NCBI GenBank assembly: GCA_963717065.1
Contig: CAVQVC010000001.1
Coordinates: 2,055,546-2,119,545, forward strand
Source of the DNA: an uncultured Chloroflexia bacterium
GTDB lineage: Bacteria > Chloroflexota > Dehalococcoidia > SM23-28-2 > RBG-16-64-32
Length of the DNA stretch: 64,000 nucleotides
Direction of reading: 5' to 3'
Notes under the pieces: generated by a model
Seen by the model: the letters and a program-made list of their open reading frames with translations, nothing else
The model's database searches: none
Told to the model about the DNA's origin: nothing
Shown here: piece by piece, positions 54,127-64,000 of the stretch
Numbering within the stretch: position 1 is the stretch's first letter
Layout: each line of letters begins with the position of its first letter
Translations under genes and position numbers: made by a program

Positions 54127-54998
54127 GGGGCGCCCGCGAGTGCCAGGGCGCGTGCGGGCCGCTGACGACCTGCAGTCAGTTGCGTCTTCCTCCGAATGCC
54201 AGAGAAGAGGTCGTCTTCCATTGCGCCGATCGCGCCAGTGGGACCGAACACACGGTAGTAACGATGGCCACCCCACAGCGCTGCGTGTCGTTCCTCGGGT
54301 AGCTCCAGCAATTTCTGGTATTCCGGGAGCTGAGTGGAGTGCCGTTGTATCGCCTCCCATGCGCGCCACCAGTAGTCTGATGCATCGATTCGGGTGGTGA
54401 TGGCCCAGGCTGGCCAGGGCGCCGCGCGCCGGAACTCCCCGTTGACCTCCATGGTGAGCTCTCCGAAGGCCTCCTCGTATATTTCGACGTCGGCTTCGGT
54501 CCAGGCCATGTAATAGAGCTTGGAGACAATGTGCGCAGCGCTGCCGCTGCTCGTGCGGAACCCGGGGTCTGCAGCCGCGGCAACAGCGCCGGTTGTATAG
54601 CGGCAAATCGCCATGTGGTCTGGATGCCCGTAGAAGCCCACAGGATCGAAGGTTACAACGACCTGCGGCCGGATGCGCCGAATGTGGTCTGCGATGATTT
54701 CCACCACTTCCGCCGTGTCCGCTGCCTCCAATTCCCCGTCCCGGTAGTCCAGAAAAGTCACCTCACGAATACCGAGTACTTCGGCGGCTTCGCCAAGCTC
54801 TGCTTCACGGATCTTGCCAAGCCTCTCCGGACCCGGATTGTCACCGGGAGCCCCAAACCACCCCTGCTCCCCGCGCGTTGCGGTAATCAAGTAAGTCTCC
54901 ACACCTTCCGCCGCGTACTTCGCAAGCATCCCACCGTTGCCAAGCGATTCGTCATCCGGATGCGCCAGAACTACCAACAGTCTGAGTCCCTGCGTCAT
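54123..54998 (-). CDS. PIG-L family deacetylase (MshB/Mca/BshB-like)
   Basis: AHPDDE, ATRGEQG, RIRPQVVVTF, YGHPDH and HSTQ. Confidence 0.92.
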   Translation of the reverse strand: MTQGLRLLVVLAHPDDESLGNGGMLAKYAAEGVETYLITATRGEQGWFGAPGDNPGPERLGKIREAELGEAAEVLGIREVTFLDYRDGELEAADTAEVVEIIADHIRRIRPQVVVTFDPVGFYGHPDHMAICRYTTGAVAAAADPGFRTSSGSAAHIVSKLYYMAWTEADVEIYEEAFGELTMEVNGEFRRAAPWPAWAITTRIDASDYWWRAWEAIQRHSTQLPEYQKLLELPEERHAALWGGHRYYRVFGPTGAIGAMEDDLFSGIRRKTQLTAGRQRPARALALAGAP

Positions 54999-55000
54999 GA

Positions 55001-55942
55001 CTAACCCCCCTTCGGCCGCAACACAAGCCGCGGCGCCTGAACTATTCGCTTCTCTGTCGGCTGTTCCTTCGGGTGGTACATCACTCCGGCAACACCCAGG
55101 GCGATCATTGCACCACCGATTGCGGTCCCAAGTCCAATGTCTTCGCCAAGAATGGCCCAGCCGAGGAACAGGCCGGACAGTGGCACGATGTATGTGACCA
55201 GCGAGGCGTACACGCTGCCGGCCGTCTTCACGAGCCAGAAGTGCATGATGAAGGCGACGCCCGTCAGGGTGCCCAGTGCCAGGAGCGACAGCGCACCTTC
55301 AGAGCTGAGCGACCCGTAGGACGGAACTCCGTCCACGATGAACGTCAGCGGGAAGGCGATTAGCGCTCCGAGGACCAGCTTTGTACCGACCAGGCTGAGC
55401 GGTTCGGTGTGCTTCAGCAACACCTTCGCGTAGACAACAGCGGCCGCGTAGGACATTGCCGCGACGATCACCGCGAGGATCCCCAGTGTCCCCTGGCTCG
55501 AAACCTCGAAGATATCCCCGCCGCTGAGCACGATCACTCCCAGGAACCCCAGACCCAGCCCCGTCACCTTCTGCGCCGTCAGGTTCTCATTCGGAAGCAC
55601 CAAGGCGGCGAGGGCGACCGTGAAGATCGGCATCGTGGAAATTAGCACGGATGCCACACCGCTATCAATGTCCTGCTCGGCCCAGGCGATGAGGCTGTGC
55701 GGGATGATGCTATCGAGGACAACCAGGAGCGCAGCCCCGGCGGCCATGCGGCCGTCAACCCGCGGCTTCCGCCTCATGACCACCATGATCACGATGACTG
55801 TCAGGGCCGCCAAAAGCAGCCGCGCCGCAACCAACTCCGTGACCGAGATGTCCTCGACGATTACCTTCATGAAGAGGAAGGCCGAGCCGAACATCACGCC
55901 GAGCACCAGCATCACGGCCAGCGGGCTCATTCTTGTCTGCAT
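55001..55942 (-). CDS. EamA/DMT family transporter
   Basis: About 10 TM segments; GSAFLFMK, SGVASVLIST and VTYIVP. Confidence 0.9.
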   Translation of the reverse strand: MQTRMSPLAVMLVLGVMFGSAFLFMKVIVEDISVTELVAARLLLAALTVIVIMVVMRRKPRVDGRMAAGAALLVVLDSIIPHSLIAWAEQDIDSGVASVLISTMPIFTVALAALVLPNENLTAQKVTGLGLGFLGVIVLSGGDIFEVSSQGTLGILAVIVAAMSYAAAVVYAKVLLKHTEPLSLVGTKLVLGALIAFPLTFIVDGVPSYGSLSSEGALSLLALGTLTGVAFIMHFWLVKTAGSVYASLVTYIVPLSGLFLGWAILGEDIGLGTAIGGAMIALGVAGVMYHPKEQPTEKRIVQAPRLVLRPKGG

Positions 55943-55976
55943 TGTCTCGATCCTTCCTTTGATTCGCCCGGGATGC

Positions 55977-56255
55977 CTAGTTCCGGTTGATTTCGCACCA
56001 AGTGCTGAAGCGGTGCGAGGACTCGTCGTACTCCAGGTAGCCCGCGGCAGCCTGTTCACAGAGCCAGTGAGCGAGCTGGGGGGTTGCGATCCCGGTCTGC
56101 TCGGCGACCTCGTCCTCAGTAGCCGGGCCAAGAGACGCCAGTACCGTGTACAACCCAAACTTCTCACCGACTTGGACGAGGGCGTTGCTCACGGCCACGT
56201 CGAACGCTGCGGTCATCTCGTAGGAGACTCTGGTTGTTCTACCTTCAGTTGCCAT
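55977..56255 (-). CDS. Small winged-helix protein resembling the N-terminal domain of Rv2258c-type methyltransferases
   Basis: VGEKFGLY..LASLGPAT..EVA..TG......WLCEQAAAGYLEYD....F; AGGAG RBS. Confidence 0.65.
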   Translation of the reverse strand: MATEGRTTRVSYEMTAAFDVAVSNALVQVGEKFGLYTVLASLGPATEDEVAEQTGIATPQLAHWLCEQAAAGYLEYDESSHRFSTWCEINRN

Positions 56256-56294
56256 CTCGTTCCTCCTTTGACCCGTAGTGGCCTCGTCGATTTC

Positions 56295-56336
56295 AGCGTA
56301 TGAGCGGGCAGGAAGGATTACATCTCCACGATTGGC
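56295..56336 (-). promoter_or_regulatory. Conserved promoter/activator motif, copy 1
   Basis: Minus strand GCCAATcgtGGAGATGTAatCCTTC, 11 nt, TACGCT. Confidence 0.65.
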
Positions 56337-56410
56337 TATTTGGACGAAGAGGGAGGGCGCCGCCCGGCTAGCCAGGGTTAGCTATGAAAGCGGGCGGGGC
56401 GACAAGCGTG

Positions 56411-58963
56411 TTAGATGAGACCGCGATCGCGTGCGTACGCGGCGGCTTCGGTACGGTTGGTGGTAGCTGTCTTGGACAGGATATTCTTGACGTGGTTGGC
56501 CACGGTGTTCGGCGTGATGAACAACTCCTCCGCAATGTCGCGGTTGCTCTTCCCTCGCGCCACGAGAAGAAGGATCTCCACCTCGCGTTCCGTCAGGCCG
56601 TCAGGGAAAGTCCTGGGGGCTTCGGCGTCCGCGGATTTCCGCCGCATGCGCGCCAGCAACTTCGCGATACCAATGTCGGAGGGAAGGGATAGCGCCTCCG
56701 CCAGTATGTCTGCCGCGCGCTCCAGCTCGGCCTCCTCCGGCGCCCCGGACGGAAGGTCGCCCTCGTATTCGGCTTCCCGCAGCAAGCGTTCGGCGGCGGT
56801 CCGGGTGCTGAAGTCGCTCCTGGGATGCCGCAATGCCAGGGTCACGAGCTCCAAACCTTCATCGGCGCGGCCGCTCCGGACGAGCATTTCGCCGATATCG
56901 CACGTAAGAGTAAGCAGCATGGGGACGTGCTTGATCTCGGCCGCCAGCTGCAGTGCTTCGCGGTAGCTAGCGCGAGCGCTGCGCAGGTCATTGAATGCGC
57001 ACTCGGTCTTTGCCACGCCGCGGCAGGACTGAGCGAGCCCACCCTTGTCATGGATCTCCCTGTACAGGGCAATGCTGCGCTCGAACAGCTTGCGCGCCTC
57101 CGTAAACGACTTCTGTTCGAGGGCCACGTCTCCGAGGTAGGAAAGAGCGATCGCCATGCCCTCGGGGTCGCCGAACTCCTCGCGCACGCGGTAGCTCTCC
57201 GTGTAGTGGCGCTTGGCGGAATCCAGGTCGCCAAGTGTGCTGCGGACGTTGCCGAGCTCCAGCAAACAATATGCGAGAAACCACTGGTGGCGCAGCGCCG
57301 AGGCCAGTTCGTATGCCCGCTGTGCCCAATCGAGCGCCTCCTCGTTCCGTCCCTGCAGATAGGCTGCACGGCAGAGGACGTAGTAGGCAAGAGTTCGGTC
57401 CCAAGGGTTGTCCCGCTTCTCACTGGTCTCAAGGGCCTCTTTCCCGAGCGCCTCCGCATCGGCGTAGTTCCCGCGTGCGGTGGCAATTACCCCCAGGGCC
57501 AGCGCCGGGTCGACTGAGAATTCGGCTGGAGGCAGGACTTGCAGTTCCCCGTAGATCTGACGGCAGACATTGAGGACCGACTCAGCGTCGTCCAGGCGCC
57601 CGAGGCGAATGTAAAACCATCCCAGGTGCACCAGTGCAAGCGCGAGCGCCTTGCCCACATCCTCGTTGAACTCGCAATCTCTCAGCATCCGTACAGCCGC
57701 CTCTAACCGTGAAACCGCCTGCACATAGCGGCCCCGCAGCTGACAGAACAGGCAAAGTGCCTGCACCGATTCGGCGATCTGCTGTACGTTCGCTGTCTCC
57801 ACCGCCCACTCCCAGGCTGTTCGCACGTTCTCCATCTCGCGCTCCATGCCCGAAACCATCTCCACCTGGCGACCGCTCTTAAACAGCTCGAGTTGCTCGC
57901 TGAGATAGCGCGTGTAATATGCGGAGTGGGCGGCCCGTGCATCGGAAGCCTCCTGCGGGTCCTCAGCGAGCCGCTCAAATGCGTACTGACGCAGGAATTC
58001 GTGGACCTGGTGCCGGCCGCCCGGGACCTGCTTCAGGAGCGACTTGTCCACGAGCGTAGACAGCAGCGGCAACCCGGCGCCGGCAATCTCGGCAGCCGCG
58101 CGATGGTCGAAACTCCCACGCAGCACCGATAGGCGCGCCATGGCGTGTCGTTGCTCGTCGTTGAGCAGGTTCCAGGAACCATCGAAGACCGCCCGCATGC
58201 TGCGGTGCCGGCCCGGCACGTTACGAAGCTGGGTTTCCAGGAAGTCGAGGCTCCGCTCGATCTCGGCGGCGATGTCGCTAACAGAGAGCAGCTTCGTCCA
58301 GGAGGCCGCCAGTTCGATACCGAGAGGCATCCCCTGCACGAGCGCACAGACGCGGCTGATCCCTACCCAGTCTCCAGATGGCTCATAGGACGGGTTCACC
58401 CGGCGCGCCCGGTCGACGAACAACCTCACCGCGTCGTAAGAACTGAGCTCCTCTTCGGTCTGTCCCGATGGGAAGCGCAGTCCCGGTAGGGGAAAGACAC
58501 ACTCTTCCCGCACGTTCAGCGCTTCCCGAGACGTAACCAACAGCTTTACACCGGGGGCGCTGGCGACAATGTCGCCCAGGAATTCGGCGGTGGTGACGAG
58601 CTGCTCGAAGTTGTCAAGCAGTAGAAGCGCCTGCTCTTCGGCGAGGTGCTGCAGTAGTTGGTTGCGCGGCTCATCTCCTCCCCGCAGCGTGATCTTCATC
58701 GCGTCGGCGATGCGAGAAACGAGAAGGTCCTCGGTCTCAGCGGTGTCGAGAGGAACAAAATGTGCCCCGCTCGGAAAGCTCGGCGCAACTCGCGTAGCCG
58801 CTTCCGTCGCGAGCCGTGTCTTTCCGGCGCCTCCGGGTCCGACCAGGGTAAGCAACCGGCAGGCCACGTCGCCCAACATCCGGGAAACCTCGGCCAATTC
58901 ATCCTTCCGCCCGATGAACGTATCGGGCGGAAGCGGAAGGTTGATGATGATCGGCTGTTGCAT
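56411..58963 (-). CDS. LuxR-family STAND (NB-ARC/AAA-TPR-HTH) transcriptional regulator
   Basis: [34 protein letters not shown], TPRs; C-terminal LTEREVEIL...NRDIAEEL...TVANHVKNI. Confidence 0.93.
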   Translation of the reverse strand: MQQPIIINLPLPPDTFIGRKDELAEVSRMLGDVACRLLTLVGPGGAGKTRLATEAATRVAPSFPSGAHFVPLDTAETEDLLVSRIADAMKITLRGGDEPRNQLLQHLAEEQALLLLDNFEQLVTTAEFLGDIVASAPGVKLLVTSREALNVREECVFPLPGLRFPSGQTEEELSSYDAVRLFVDRARRVNPSYEPSGDWVGISRVCALVQGMPLGIELAASWTKLLSVSDIAAEIERSLDFLETQLRNVPGRHRSMRAVFDGSWNLLNDEQRHAMARLSVLRGSFDHRAAAEIAGAGLPLLSTLVDKSLLKQVPGGRHQVHEFLRQYAFERLAEDPQEASDARAAHSAYYTRYLSEQLELFKSGRQVEMVSGMEREMENVRTAWEWAVETANVQQIAESVQALCLFCQLRGRYVQAVSRLEAAVRMLRDCEFNEDVGKALALALVHLGWFYIRLGRLDDAESVLNVCRQIYGELQVLPPAEFSVDPALALGVIATARGNYADAEALGKEALETSEKRDNPWDRTLAYYVLCRAAYLQGRNEEALDWAQRAYELASALRHQWFLAYCLLELGNVRSTLGDLDSAKRHYTESYRVREEFGDPEGMAIALSYLGDVALEQKSFTEARKLFERSIALYREIHDKGGLAQSCRGVAKTECAFNDLRSARASYREALQLAAEIKHVPMLLTLTCDIGEMLVRSGRADEGLELVTLALRHPRSDFSTRTAAERLLREAEYEGDLPSGAPEEAELERAADILAEALSLPSDIGIAKLLARMRRKSADAEAPRTFPDGLTEREVEILLLVARGKSNRDIAEELFITPNTVANHVKNILSKTATTNRTEAAAYARDRGLI

Positions 58964-59099
58964 CAGATAACCACGCGCCCGTAAGGGGGGGCGCGCATCT
59001 ATCTTATCCGATGCGGGGAGATATTTGAGCCGCCCTTCCCGAACGGGCTCAGTGCCCGTCACCAGGTGTCCGCCGGCACGGTCCTGTGCGGGAGCCGGG

Positions 59100-60419
59100 T
59101 TACGAGACGTCAAGAGGCAGGCCCAAGGCCATCTGTCCGATGAACTCGTAGGCGCGATTCGCCCCCAAAGGGTGCATGAACGCGCCCGCGCGCACGTCAC
59201 GGTACGCCCGCGACAACGGATTCCTGCTGAAGTATCCGGCCCCGCCGGACAGCGTAAGCGCCCGATCGACAACACGAACCGACGCCTCGTTGATGAACGC
59301 CTTAGCGGTCTGAGCCTCAGCGAAAACGGCTGATATCTCCTCGCCGGTGCCCTCCGCGATCGAGTGTTCCGTGTAATACTGGTCGATCAGGCGCCCCGCA
59401 CGGTCGAAAATAGCGCGCATCGCCGAGATGTCGATCGCGTTCTCCGCGGCGAGGATCGTGTTACGTGCGCGCTCCCCAGCGCCGTCCCCGCGCTTCGACC
59501 CGAGGGCCTCCAGGACCTGAGCGTTCGCGGCTTCAGCGATTCCCAGGGAGGCCGATGCGTGGAAGAGGCCAGCCTCTAGGTTACGGTGGAGGAGCCCTTC
59601 AACGTTACCCGCCGGAAAGCCTCCGCGCAACGCGGATTCGGGCACATGGACGTCTTCGAAGCTCACGGAGTGGCTCCCCGAGGCGCGCATCCCGAGCGCG
59701 TCCCAATCGTTGTGGACAGTTATCCCAGGCGTGTCCTTCGGCACGAGGGCGTAGCCGTACCTCTCCTGCCCTGCATCGTTTTCAAAGGTCACGGCCACAT
59801 AGACCGCGCTGGCAGCCGGAGACATCGTGCAAAAGATCTTCTTACCGTTGATTACCCAGCCGGTTTCCGAGCGCACAGCGCGGGTGGCGGGCCGCGTCAG
59901 GTCCTGGTTCGGTTCGCTCACGGCTGCCGCCATGACTGCACCGCTCGCGCTCACCATCTGCAGCGCTCGCCCGTATGCCGACGCCCGGGCCTCGTTCCCC
60001 GACTCCACGGCCAGCCTATAACGACGCCGAATGTTCAGGATGGCTGCGAGATGCATGTTCAGGCCGATCGTCACCGACGGCTCCCCACGGGCGAGACGGC
60101 TCGAGGCGACGAGAATGTCGCGCACCGACTCGACGCCGAGGCCGCCGAACTCTTCCGGGATGGGTGCGGAGAAGTATCCCCGCTCCTTCAGATCCTCGAT
60201 CGCCTCGAATGGGTACGTTGCGTCGCGGTCGTGCTCACCGGCACGAACCGCAAACTTCGCCGCGAGTTCCTCGGCGATCGCTACCAGGCGACCGCCCGCT
60301 TCCGACTCGGCCTTCAACTCGAAGCGGTCCGCGAAGCGGAGCGGACCTGTCTCATGCCCAGACGTGTGGCCGTTGTGACCGTTGGCGTGCGGCTTGACGA
60401 TCGTCATCGTGCTGCTCAT
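59100..60419 (-). CDS. Acyl-CoA dehydrogenase superfamily protein (DszC/SfnB-like group)
   Basis: [31 protein letters not shown] and RAYRDVRAG. Confidence 0.88.
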   Translation of the reverse strand: MSSTMTIVKPHANGHNGHTSGHETGPLRFADRFELKAESEAGGRLVAIAEELAAKFAVRAGEHDRDATYPFEAIEDLKERGYFSAPIPEEFGGLGVESVRDILVASSRLARGEPSVTIGLNMHLAAILNIRRRYRLAVESGNEARASAYGRALQMVSASGAVMAAAVSEPNQDLTRPATRAVRSETGWVINGKKIFCTMSPAASAVYVAVTFENDAGQERYGYALVPKDTPGITVHNDWDALGMRASGSHSVSFEDVHVPESALRGGFPAGNVEGLLHRNLEAGLFHASASLGIAEAANAQVLEALGSKRGDGAGERARNTILAAENAIDISAMRAIFDRAGRLIDQYYTEHSIAEGTGEEISAVFAEAQTAKAFINEASVRVVDRALTLSGGAGYFSRNPLSRAYRDVRAGAFMHPLGANRAYEFIGQMALGLPLDVS

Positions 60420-60451
60420 CTGTACCTCCTCGGACAAGTTGTCTCGAGATC

Positions 60452-60493
60452 AAGGTACGTCCTGAGCAGAAGGGGTACATCTCCCGAATTGGC
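60452..60493 (-). promoter_or_regulatory. Conserved promoter/activator motif, copy 2
   Basis: Minus strand GCCAATtcgGGAGATGTAccCCTTC, 11 nt, TACCTT. Confidence 0.65.
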
Positions 60494-60593
60494 CAACCTT
60501 ATGGGGCCGCCGGGAGCAGGGCTCATAGCCAGCAATGGCTATGCAGAAAGCGATCGAACGAATCGCTGCGGGGGGCAGTTTGGGCGACCGGAG

Positions 60594-62081
60594 CTACTTG
60601 TGGACGTGCGTGGCGAGGCTCTCGATGCGCGAGCCGGTCTCTTCCGTGTACTCTTCCTCGGACGTGCGACGGATGACCTTCAGGAACGCCTCGACGAGGG
60701 CGGGGTCGAATTGCGTGCCGGAGTTGCGCTCGACCTCCTTACAGGCCTGGTCACGGGAGGAAGCCGCCCGATACGGCCGCCGCGAAGTCATCGCGTCGAA
60801 AGCGTCGACGATGGCGAACAGCCGCGATCCCAGCGGAATTTCTTCGCCGGCCAGACCGCGAGGGTAGCCGCTACCGTCAAACCGCTCGTGGTGAGCGTAA
60901 ACGATCTCGGCGGCGTCCTTCAGAAAGTCGATACCCTTCAGGATCTGGTATCCAAGCTCGGAGTGGCGCCGCATCTCTTTCCATTCGTCTTCATCCAGCG
61001 GCGCGGACTTGCGGAGAATGCTGTCCGCGACGCCGATCTTGCCGATATCGTGCAGTGCGGCGGCGAACTCGATCTCCAGCACTTCATCCTCGGAGAGGTG
61101 AAGCTCCCGCGCGACGGCGACAGCCATGCGCGCCACACGGCGGGCGTGGCGGTGGGTCATGCGGTCCCGGACGTCGAGCGCCGTGGAAAGCACCTCGACG
61201 ACGGCCGATGCGAGCCGGTTGTCGGCCTTGGCGTCCTGGATCTTCTTGAAGCCCTTGCGTTCCAGCTTGTTGGCGTAGAGCTTGGTGTCGGCCCAGTGGA
61301 TGATCTCTTCCAGGTCGGCGCCTCCCCAGGGGTAGCCGCCGACGCCGATGGAGACGCCCAGGTAGATGCTGGCGTGCTCGCTCTCGTAGATCGGGCCGTT
61401 CGCCAGCTCGTCCCAGAGCTTCCAGGAGAACTGCTCGGCCGCGCGACGGTCGGTATCGGGCATGATGACCGCGAACTCGTCGCCGCCCAGCCGCGCCGTC
61501 ACGTACTCACCGCCCGCCTCCCGGTTCAGAATACGACCGAATTGGCGCAGGACGATATCCCCCACTTGGTGCCCGAACTCATCGTTCAGGAGCTTCAGGT
61601 CGTCGACGTCGATCATGGCGATCGAGAGGTTGCGCTTCTTAGAAGCGGCGTTATCCAGCTCTTCCTGGAAGCGCTGGTAGAAGAAGCGCCGGTTCTGCAG
61701 TTTCGTCAGGTCGTCCCGAGTGGCAATCTCCTCGAGTTCGTTCTGCTTGTTCACCCAGACGTCGAGGGCCTTCTCCCGCTCACGGTGCATCTTCCGGTGG
61801 TTGCGGCGGAAGAGAATGTCCACGATGATCCCCAGCATCAGGATCACTGGAATCTGCGCCGCGATCAGCACGGTGGCGTAGGAGCCGTAGAGGTGGAAGA
61901 TGGCGAGCGCGCCACCCGCCACAGCGATCGCGGCCAGCAGGGAAAAGCGGGCTACCCAGACCGCGGTCCCGGCGTGGTCCAGGTCTTTCGCGGCGATCGG
62001 CGCCTGCGGTCCCGCAGGTTCGGAGTGAGCCGCGCCGATCTCGGAATGTGTGTGTGTTGCCGCGTGGCTGCGCTTTCGCAA
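60594..62081 (-). CDS. Membrane-anchored diguanylate cyclase (GGDEF) / HD-GYP phosphodiesterase
   Basis: Two TM segments; DDLTKLQNRR, RLGGDEF; LHDIGK, HHERFDGSGYP and TQFDP. Confidence 0.93.
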   Translation of the reverse strand: MRKRSHAATHTHSEIGAAHSEPAGPQAPIAAKDLDHAGTAVWVARFSLLAAIAVAGGALAIFHLYGSYATVLIAAQIPVILMLGIIVDILFRRNHRKMHREREKALDVWVNKQNELEEIATRDDLTKLQNRRFFYQRFQEELDNAASKKRNLSIAMIDVDDLKLLNDEFGHQVGDIVLRQFGRILNREAGGEYVTARLGGDEFAVIMPDTDRRAAEQFSWKLWDELANGPIYESEHASIYLGVSIGVGGYPWGGADLEEIIHWADTKLYANKLERKGFKKIQDAKADNRLASAVVEVLSTALDVRDRMTHRHARRVARMAVAVARELHLSEDEVLEIEFAAALHDIGKIGVADSILRKSAPLDEDEWKEMRRHSELGYQILKGIDFLKDAAEIVYAHHERFDGSGYPRGLAGEEIPLGSRLFAIVDAFDAMTSRRPYRAASSRDQACKEVERNSGTQFDPALVEAFLKVIRRTSEEEYTEETGSRIESLATHVHK

Positions 62082-62249
62082 GCAGATGCCCCCCGTTTAG
62101 ACGTGATGAAGGCCTTTGCTTATGTAGAGCACCCCGGAAGGTCATACGTTGCCGATGCCGAGTGCCGGTTTACCGAAAATTAACGGGAGAACGCCACGCT
62201 AACCATGGCAACAACGTCGAAGGCCGTGACTGATCGAAGGCAGCGCTGA

Positions 62250-63899
62250 TCAAGAGCCGATGTTGGGACACGGCTCGGACTGCGAGACGGACAGGCCCGC
62301 GTTGTAGCGCAGTAGCTTGAGCGCGTCCACCGCGTTCGACACGCCGTCGCAGTCGACGTCACCCTGCAGCTCGTTCCAGACGGTCATCTCGCTGCCGATG
62401 TCCGGGCAGGGCGGCGGCTCGTACTGGCTGTAGCCCAGGCCGGTGCCCGCGCGCAACACCTTGAGGGAGTCGACGGAGTTGATCCCGTCCATGCAGTCCA
62501 CGTTGCCGAACGCCTCAGGAGCCAGGGTCGGCGTCGGCACCGGAGTCGGAGTGGGAACCGGAGTCGCGGTCCCCGGCGCCGGGGTCGGTGTCGGGGCCGG
62601 CGCCTGTGACACTTCGTAGGCGCCAACGTCGCAGGCAGAACCCGAGGGCCGGGCCACGCCGCGCTGGTCGGTAGGGAAGCAATTATTACCGTGGGTTTCG
62701 TTGTCTACAGCCCAGTTCCCCGGCAGCAGCGCGCGGGTGGCTGTGGCGCCACCGTTGTTCTGAAGCGGCCCGAGCGGTGTCGGAGCGTTCGAGAGGTCGC
62801 CGTTGCCGGGATTCGTGAACGGGCAACTGCCGTCGCTGCTGATGTTGTCGCCGAACGAAGTGGGGTGGACCTGGCTGTAGACGCCGGTGGGGGCGCAATT
62901 TCCGCCGCCGCCGCCGTTGCCGGACAGGAGGCTGTTCATGATTCCCAGCGTCCCGAAGTTGCGGATGCCGCCGCCCTTGTCGCCGGAAGCGCTGGTGTTG
63001 TCGGCGAGGGTGACGTTGACCATGCTCATCGCCGTCGATGTGTAGTTCAGCACACCACCACCGCCGCCACCGAACGCCGTCGCGGCGTTGTTGCTGATGG
63101 TGGTGTTCCAGATGTTGGCCGTGTTGTCGTTGTAGATGGCGCCGCCGCCGGCCCCCCCGGCGAGGTTGCCGTGGAGGACGCTGCCGTTAACGGTCAACGT
63201 CGTGTTGGTGTTGCCGTTGAAGATGCCACCGCCGTTGCTGAAACCGACGTTGTCGCGAATCGTGCTGTTGTTGATGTTCATCGTGCCGCCGTTCCAGATG
63301 CCCCCACCGTCATTCGCCTGGTTTTCGGCGACAAGCACGTTGTTCAAGGTGACGGTGGCCGTCTGAGCGGACGTCAGGCCGCCGCCCTGGAGCGGCAGCG
63401 GCTGCCCCAGCGGGCCGGTGCCAACGGGCGCGCCGTGCCGGATCATCAGGTTGTTCAGCGTCAGGTTCTTGCCGATATGCACCTCGAAGACGCGGTCGAT
63501 GTAGGCGCCGGAGATGATCGTCGTACCCGAGCCCGCGCCGTTGATAGTGGTGATCGCGTTGCGAATGTCTAGGTCGCGCGACAGCTCGGGCGTGATCGCG
63601 TTCTCGGCTCCACTCAGCGAAAGCGTGAACACGTCCTGCCCCGGCCCGTTCAGGTCCGGAATGGTGATGGTATCGCTGTCCACCGTGACGCTGTTCACCT
63701 TGATCACGGCGCCGCGCAGGCTGCAGTCGTTGGCCGCGGCCGTGCACGCCGAGCGTGCCGGAGAGTTGTCGTCGTCGGTGGTGTCTACCGTGTAGGTGGC
63801 AGCGGACGCCTTGTGCGTTCCCTCGGCGAATGAAACGACGAGCGCCAGGGCGGCCAGGCTCAGCGCCATAACGGCGTATACGGTGCGGTGCTTCTTCAT
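62250..63899 (-). CDS. Secreted CSLREA-domain/beta-helix (choice-of-anchor Q-like) protein with PT linker and dockerin-like C-terminus
   Basis: Signal peptide, CSLRGA, GGGIxN repeats, LGPLQNNGG, DQRG and CDVGAYE; PTPT linker; GNVDC...VDSL and GDVDC...VDAL repeats. Confidence 0.85.
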   Translation of the reverse strand: MKKHRTVYAVMALSLAALALVVSFAEGTHKASAATYTVDTTDDDNSPARSACTAAANDCSLRGAVIKVNSVTVDSDTITIPDLNGPGQDVFTLSLSGAENAITPELSRDLDIRNAITTINGAGSGTTIISGAYIDRVFEVHIGKNLTLNNLMIRHGAPVGTGPLGQPLPLQGGGLTSAQTATVTLNNVLVAENQANDGGGIWNGGTMNINNSTIRDNVGFSNGGGIFNGNTNTTLTVNGSVLHGNLAGGAGGGAIYNDNTANIWNTTISNNAATAFGGGGGGVLNYTSTAMSMVNVTLADNTSASGDKGGGIRNFGTLGIMNSLLSGNGGGGGNCAPTGVYSQVHPTSFGDNISSDGSCPFTNPGNGDLSNAPTPLGPLQNNGGATATRALLPGNWAVDNETHGNNCFPTDQRGVARPSGSACDVGAYEVSQAPAPTPTPAPGTATPVPTPTPVPTPTLAPEAFGNVDCMDGINSVDSLKVLRAGTGLGYSQYEPPPCPDIGSEMTVWNELQGDVDCDGVSNAVDALKLLRYNAGLSVSQSEPCPNIGS

Positions 63900-64000
63900 G
63901 CGACTTTGCCTCACGAAATTAGACGAGGCCGCGCCGGAATGCGTTACGCGTTGCGGCTCAAGTGCCGATGTACGTGCAGGGAACGTACTGTGTGTACGGG

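Noticed and set aside
59586-62183. 865-aa plus-strand ORF and similar long shadow ORFs (e.g. 11617-13020, 30989-32257)
   Set aside because: Antisense shadows of well-supported genes in high-GC DNA, with no recognisable motifs.
62090-62245. Possible c-di-GMP riboswitch upstream of the GGDEF/HD-GYP gene
   Set aside because: Only scattered short matches (GGTAAACC, GCAAAG); I could not build the two-stem GEMM structure. An Rfam scan would settle it.

Overview
This is a GC-rich bacterial chromosomal window. A Chloroflexota/Dehalococcoidia-like origin is inferred from the DnaN sequence, the two-cyclase STAND protein and the CSLREA/dockerin-like secreted proteins. Many genes are split by single-base indels that look like long-read assembly errors. 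Contents in order: an oxidoreductase operon (F420 DDN, Zn-ADH, SDRs, ferredoxin-fused FAD oxidoreductase); dnaN; a tetrapyrrole operon (BldC-like HTH regulator, sirC/cysG-N, hemA, hemC, cobA-hemD, unknown PD-(D/E)XK-like gene, hemB, hemL); an ABC1 kinase; and a lysyl oxidase/DUF2330/cupredoxin locus. Next is a mycobacterial-type sterol side-chain cluster (2x DUF35, Ltp4/Ltp3, FadD19-, EchA19-, ACAD-, CYP125-like) whose three promoters share a palindromic operator CAAACG-N2-CGTTTG that is also upstream of the local TetR. An ArsR-rhodanese operon contains an ArsM-like methyltransferase with an in-frame UGA at the conserved Cys position and a SECIS-like hairpin (candidate selenoprotein). Further on are a sAC-like cyclase-STAND-TPR protein, a 1.7-kaa secreted C25-type protease with GWGRA repeats, a Grx-TrxR fusion, a LuxR-STAND regulator with a duplicated promoter motif, a GGDEF/HD-GYP protein, and cohesin/dockerin-like secreted proteins. 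No rRNA, tRNA, CRISPR array or transposase was recognised.
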